Positions 61,101-64,000 of a stretch of 64,000 bases of DNA are shown here, piece by piece; the stretch's first letter is position 1; the number at the start of each line of letters is the position of its first letter. Below the pieces are notes generated by a model. It was not told where the DNA came from, did no database searches, and was given only the letters and a program-made list of their open reading frames with translations. The position numbers were made by a program, and so were the translations under genes. This DNA is from a virus (lineage: Duplodnaviria > Caudoviricetes): IMG/VR virus record IMGVR_UViG_3300034691_000044, positions 9,601 through 73,600 of that record. One strand, given 5' to 3'.

Positions 61101-64000
61101 CGCTAGCTTGTGGGCGGAACAGGAAGTCCCACTTCGCTTTAGCGACATCCTTCTCATTCTGGCTTGCGGTTGCCCAGTCACCCGCGTGTAAGTTGCGACC
61201 ATCCGAGTTCAGCTTCGAACGTGCTTCCTTGAACAGGTTTTCCAGACCCTGGCGAACGAACAGAGTTTCTTTCGTTTCCATGGCGTGGGAAATGGTCGCT
61301 TCTACCGATTCCAGCACAAATGCTTCTTGCTGGGACAGGATGAACTGGCCAGTTATTGCCTGGGAGCTGAACGGAGTTTTGCCGGTGCTCACCGCTTTCA
61401 GGAACACATCCAACGGGGTCAGCGCACGGTTTGCCGATGCTGCCTCTTTGAATGCACCGTATGGGCCGTAGACCGGGTTAACAGTCTGCGCCAGCAGGTC
61501 ACGCAGGTACTCAGCATGGGCCGCATCAGTCTTGTGGTTGCCTACGGTAGCTAGTGCGTCAAACACCTGCTCAGCAGTCATAGCGTTGATGTGGTCGATG
61601 GCGTCTTCGTACTTGTGAGTTGCAGTCGCACGCTTCTCTTGTGCCTGGGCCGCTTCACGGAACAGAACAGCAGAGTTGGCGATTAAGTTGGCCATGCCGT
61701 TGTTTGCCGACGGAGTGTTGGCACCAAACAGCATTTCAGTCAGCGACTTGATGAAACCCTTCAGGCCGTCGAGGATCGATCGGTCTTTCTGTGGCACCGA
61801 TACCTGGCCCAGCACTTCACGTTGGAAGTCTTGGTTGGACAGGCCCCAGGAGACCAGCTCATGCACGTTCGACGTAGCGTTGCGGTACTTAGCAGACAGC
61901 ACTCCATTGTTGGCGAGGAAGTCTTCAGCTTGGGTACGCAGCACTTCCAGATCCGCTACAGCGCGGCCGGCCAGGGTGTTCTTACCTTGGTTTGCGTCGA
62001 TCAGGTTTGCCAGAGCAGCATGTACCAGTTCATGGGTCAGCAACTCAGGAGTGATACCCGATTCAACGAAGTCCGGGGATTTAATGAACAACCCGGCTTG
62101 GTCGTTACGCTGTGCGTACCAACCGCGGGATTTATCCACGCCTTCACCAAATGCGCCTTCTGGTCCGGTCTCGGCAGTGATGTAGGTCACCGGCATACGA
62201 GCAGAGATGCCTTTCTTGGCCATCTTGAGCACAGTCTTCTGGAACGGGTTCTGCACGTACTCAACCAGCGAATCAACGAGGTTGTGAGCAGTCATACCTG
62301 TGGTGTCCAGCAGTTGCACCAAGTTCACGTCGGACTGTACGACAGGGGTGCCCAAGCGGCCCCATACAGACAATTTCGCTTCACTTGCACCGTTTACCGC
62401 TTCAACTACTTCGGCAGCTTGATGCTCAGGCAGCACTTGCAGGGCATCGGCCAGAGTCCGGTTACCCGAAACCATGGAATCAATTACCTGCACAACAGCC
62501 GGGGTCTGCTCAAGCGAAGCCAGAGTGTTGAGGGAAGTGGCTGGCGCCAGAGTCGTTACCGACGTGTTGGACAGCTCAGCTTGCTTGCCTGCAACATACA
62601 CAGCGGAGACGATGCTTGCTTCGGCGTCCAGTTGCTCAGCCACAGATTCAGCCGCAGCATTGAAGGTGGAGCCCACTTCGTCCAGCTTGGCCTGTGCTTT
62701 TGCACGGTCAGCGTCGGTCACGATGTAAGAACCGCCATCGGTAGCGTATTGGCCAATTGCCTGCATGTTGCTCAGCATATTCAGCTTATCGGTGTCCGCC
62801 TGGGTCGTAGTCTCACGAATAGCGGTCAGTTGCTCAGCAATAGAGCCACGCTTCTTCTCAGCCCGGGCAACCATCTTCTCGCGCAGCTTAGGCTGAATGC
62901 GTGCAGCCAGCTCAGGGTTCTGCATCACTTTGGATACGCCGGCCAGGACTTCATCGAGCATGTTGCTCATTGCGGTCGCGGAGGAGTATTCCAGCATGGT
63001 GTTGAACGTCGCCTTGTTCAGCTCCTGGCCAACCTTGGCTACATTGTTCAGGTCTACGCCCAAGGCGTCGTGGACGTTCAGTGCTTCCATCTTTCCGTAC
63101 ACAGCCGAAGCAATAGCCGAGTCGCTGGAGTGGATGGAGGTAATGAAAGGCATTACACCTGGGTCGATGTCCTGAGTGCGCGAAGACGACAGGCGAGTCG
63201 AACCAATACCCTGCATGGAGCCGTCCGGGGCAATGGTGTTAACCATTTCACCGAAAGCGACTTCTTGCTCGTAGGCAGCAGACGAATCGAGCGAACGCTT
63301 CGACTTGGCCATGTACATACCAGCTTCACGTTGCTTCGATGCCTGAGACATAGCAGTTTGCAGGATCGGGGCCATGTCGCCCATCAGTGCATCTACTTGT
63401 GCCTGTTGCTCTTTAGTTAGCGTGCGAATGGCGGCGCCAGCATTGTTACGTGGCACATCCTGGCTGGTCGACTCAACGAACTCAGTCACGCCATCACGCA
63501 CCGCGTTGAACAGATCAAACGACAGTTGTGCTGTCTGGTTGATCACGTTCCGGCGAGAAATGAAGGTGGCGTAGTTATCGGCCAGTGCTTTCTCGGTTGG
63601 CTCACCCAGCAGCTCATAGAACGAGCGTTTCAGCGCGTCTTGCTGTTGAGTAGTCAGCTTGGTTTCCAGGGCACGCTCATAACCCATCTTCACATCCAAA
63701 GCGAACTTCGGTGAGCGAGTCAGGGTATTCACAGCACCAAACAGAGCAGCAATGTCAGCCTGCTTTTGTTCCAGAGTACGCAGACGACCTTCTGCGTCGT
63801 GAGTTTTGGCTGCATCTTCGATACGGCTGTAGATCGCTTCAATGAAGCCGTCGGCCATGCCTTGTACCGCGGTAGTCGGGTTGGACCCGAACATCAGGGC
63901 GGTCAGCGGCTTCTTGATGATGTTACGGCCTTTAGAGGTCACGCTGCCTTCGGCAGTTTGCAGTTGGCCAGTAATGACCGACATAGCGTCGAGCTGGCCT
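58141..64000 (-). CDS. Virion-encapsidated RNA polymerase (N4 gp50-like), C-terminal part; start lies outside window
   Basis: More than 1947 aa with no cysteine seen; motif B RNIIKKPLTALMFGS, motif C LNVHDA; C-terminal FVNYD..LQYLNDMG..FTKY.LRIQK. Confidence 0.95.
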   Translation of the reverse strand, partial: GQLDAMSVITGQLQTAEGSVTSKGRNIIKKPLTALMFGSNPTTAVQGMADGFIEAIYSRIEDAAKTHDAEGRLRTLEQKQADIAALFGAVNTLTRSPKFALDVKMGYERALETKLTTQQQDALKRSFYELLGEPTEKALADNYATFISRRNVINQTAQLSFDLFNAVRDGVTEFVESTSQDVPRNNAGAAIRTLTKEQQAQVDALMGDMAPILQTAMSQASKQREAGMYMAKSKRSLDSSAAYEQEVAFGEMVNTIAPDGSMQGIGSTRLSSSRTQDIDPGVMPFITSIHSSDSAIASAVYGKMEALNVHDALGVDLNNVAKVGQELNKATFNTMLEYSSATAMSNMLDEVLAGVSKVMQNPELAARIQPKLREKMVARAEKKRGSIAEQLTAIRETTTQADTDKLNMLSNMQAIGQYATDGGSYIVTDADRAKAQAKLDEVGSTFNAAAESVAEQLDAEASIVSAVYVAGKQAELSNTSVTTLAPATSLNTLASLEQTPAVVQVIDSMVSGNRTLADALQVLPEHQAAEVVEAVNGASEAKLSVWGRLGTPVVQSDVNLVQLLDTTGMTAHNLVDSLVEYVQNPFQKTVLKMAKKGISARMPVTYITAETGPEGAFGEGVDKSRGWYAQRNDQAGLFIKSPDFVESGITPELLTHELVHAALANLIDANQGKNTLAGRAVADLEVLRTQAEDFLANNGVLSAKYRNATSNVHELVSWGLSNQDFQREVLGQVSVPQKDRSILDGLKGFIKSLTEMLFGANTPSANNGMANLIANSAVLFREAAQAQEKRATATHKYEDAIDHINAMTAEQVFDALATVGNHKTDAAHAEYLRDLLAQTVNPVYGPYGAFKEAASANRALTPLDVFLKAVSTGKTPFSSQAITGQFILSQQEAFVLESVEATISHAMETKETLFVRQGLENLFKEARSKLNSDGRNLHAGDWATASQNEKDVAKAKWDFLFRPQASATGRNNYLARFAALGLASAEVRNALGFSTNNFETPLKGLPITSKLTELFRRAMTVFARLATKVVPGTSGNVALSTLVEQLVDIEAKRKARMDQEKVNHFDQLETALAGVGDSILEKADALGRAGFIRKSKIPFVAGLGAAVSTAAGNRLDAVLNAITMMRDQSQKSRHGVVMGMLTEWRGVYDSRRLAAELFKGAKANEQQRKSVIETTAASVNEAFANQGQDLTQVQRDALTRVFLRTNAQAIAAARGVDGLRDLMEDPSAMAAYRSDLEAQVTAMTPNYLYMISQAKDLAHHKVVGGSTSANLMLSTGNIAAMFGTKKKVAANAAVIPLLEQLVGVYALDYSGDVDLRNAREVLRTEMNRTDGNGVDYMLKLHTGLQAKATADLFKGTEALQQTGYVAEIHDNKIEVLLVAKSDVAAHERAGYTVGTALQMDPNVKGLKTTGRVLMTRRSAGQTALLTGAMSFTGNNAKGSSPVTEAVNMMAGNQTSAAVRQQIAQQKAQAVADLFHRPLSYDPRKAQAGHMVPTLAPDGRIADYRHMMTEQNRDVLLDRDNSMDQVLGVMAGQIADKVSTVQQNTDVVRSMYDQYRADYTSRPSSYIRVSADSKDKGLAESYRLLPESTKQEIRKVWKDDAMYVPADQLDLIFGYRKFSLTNSFDELPGDRNMFEKVLVAATSAIYGEKAALRVGQAEDIMQTLVKEMKDILVVKNIFTLAGNITSNMTLLAWEGVPLRKAAASHAIAIKGALDFRKDSKRLLQLQQAVEIGYFADNTAAEAEILEIQDRLARNPIKPLVDAGLMPTIVEDVEVDDDRYTYKAHLARKVEKFTDKVPAWMRTVGKQVYMTHDTATYKFLSQTTQLSDLVARYALFEHLTTRTKDPLSTADALRQAEDSFVNYDLPSHRTLQYLNDMGIVMFTKYYLRIQKVIMRLVREKPARGLMLAAVGHMWSGLDSIMDSSWLNKIGNNPLQDGALGYLGSLKELPAIKLL

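Overview
The window is most of the genome of an N4-like podophage (Schitoviridae). The Drc homologue and LIT1/LUZ7-like gene order suggest a Pseudomonas host. The assembly is circularly permuted. Positions 1-9.5 kb hold late morphogenesis genes on the minus strand (major capsid, portal, adaptor, terminase) with an inverted dUTPase, and the probable genome-end junction follows at about 9.5-9.8 kb. Next come an early region with CCTTCGG triloop hairpins resembling virion-RNAP promoters, Drc and the two-subunit RNAP II. The middle/replication genes include AAA ATPases, a vWA-metallopeptidase, helicase, family A DNA polymerase, dCMP deaminase, primase, SSB and a resolvase. A lysis/tail-fibre block lies on the minus strand, and the window ends in the C-terminal 1947+ aa of the giant virion RNA polymerase. 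Highlights: (1) at least 12 small, highly diverged early paralogues sharing a C-terminal VPE-x-[IV]-[KR]-[LM]-A-x-[ML]-L helix, 10 of them in one largely translationally coupled array; (2) a group I intron with an HNH ORF splitting the N4 gp44-like ATPase gene, with splice sites resolvable to the base; (3) a ~900 nt densely structured ncRNA locus with tRNA-like modules; (4) an origin/ssi-like intergenic locus with a promoter-terminator small RNA unit; (5) a probable fused anti-defence sponge gene. All family assignments come from motif recognition by eye; no database search was run.
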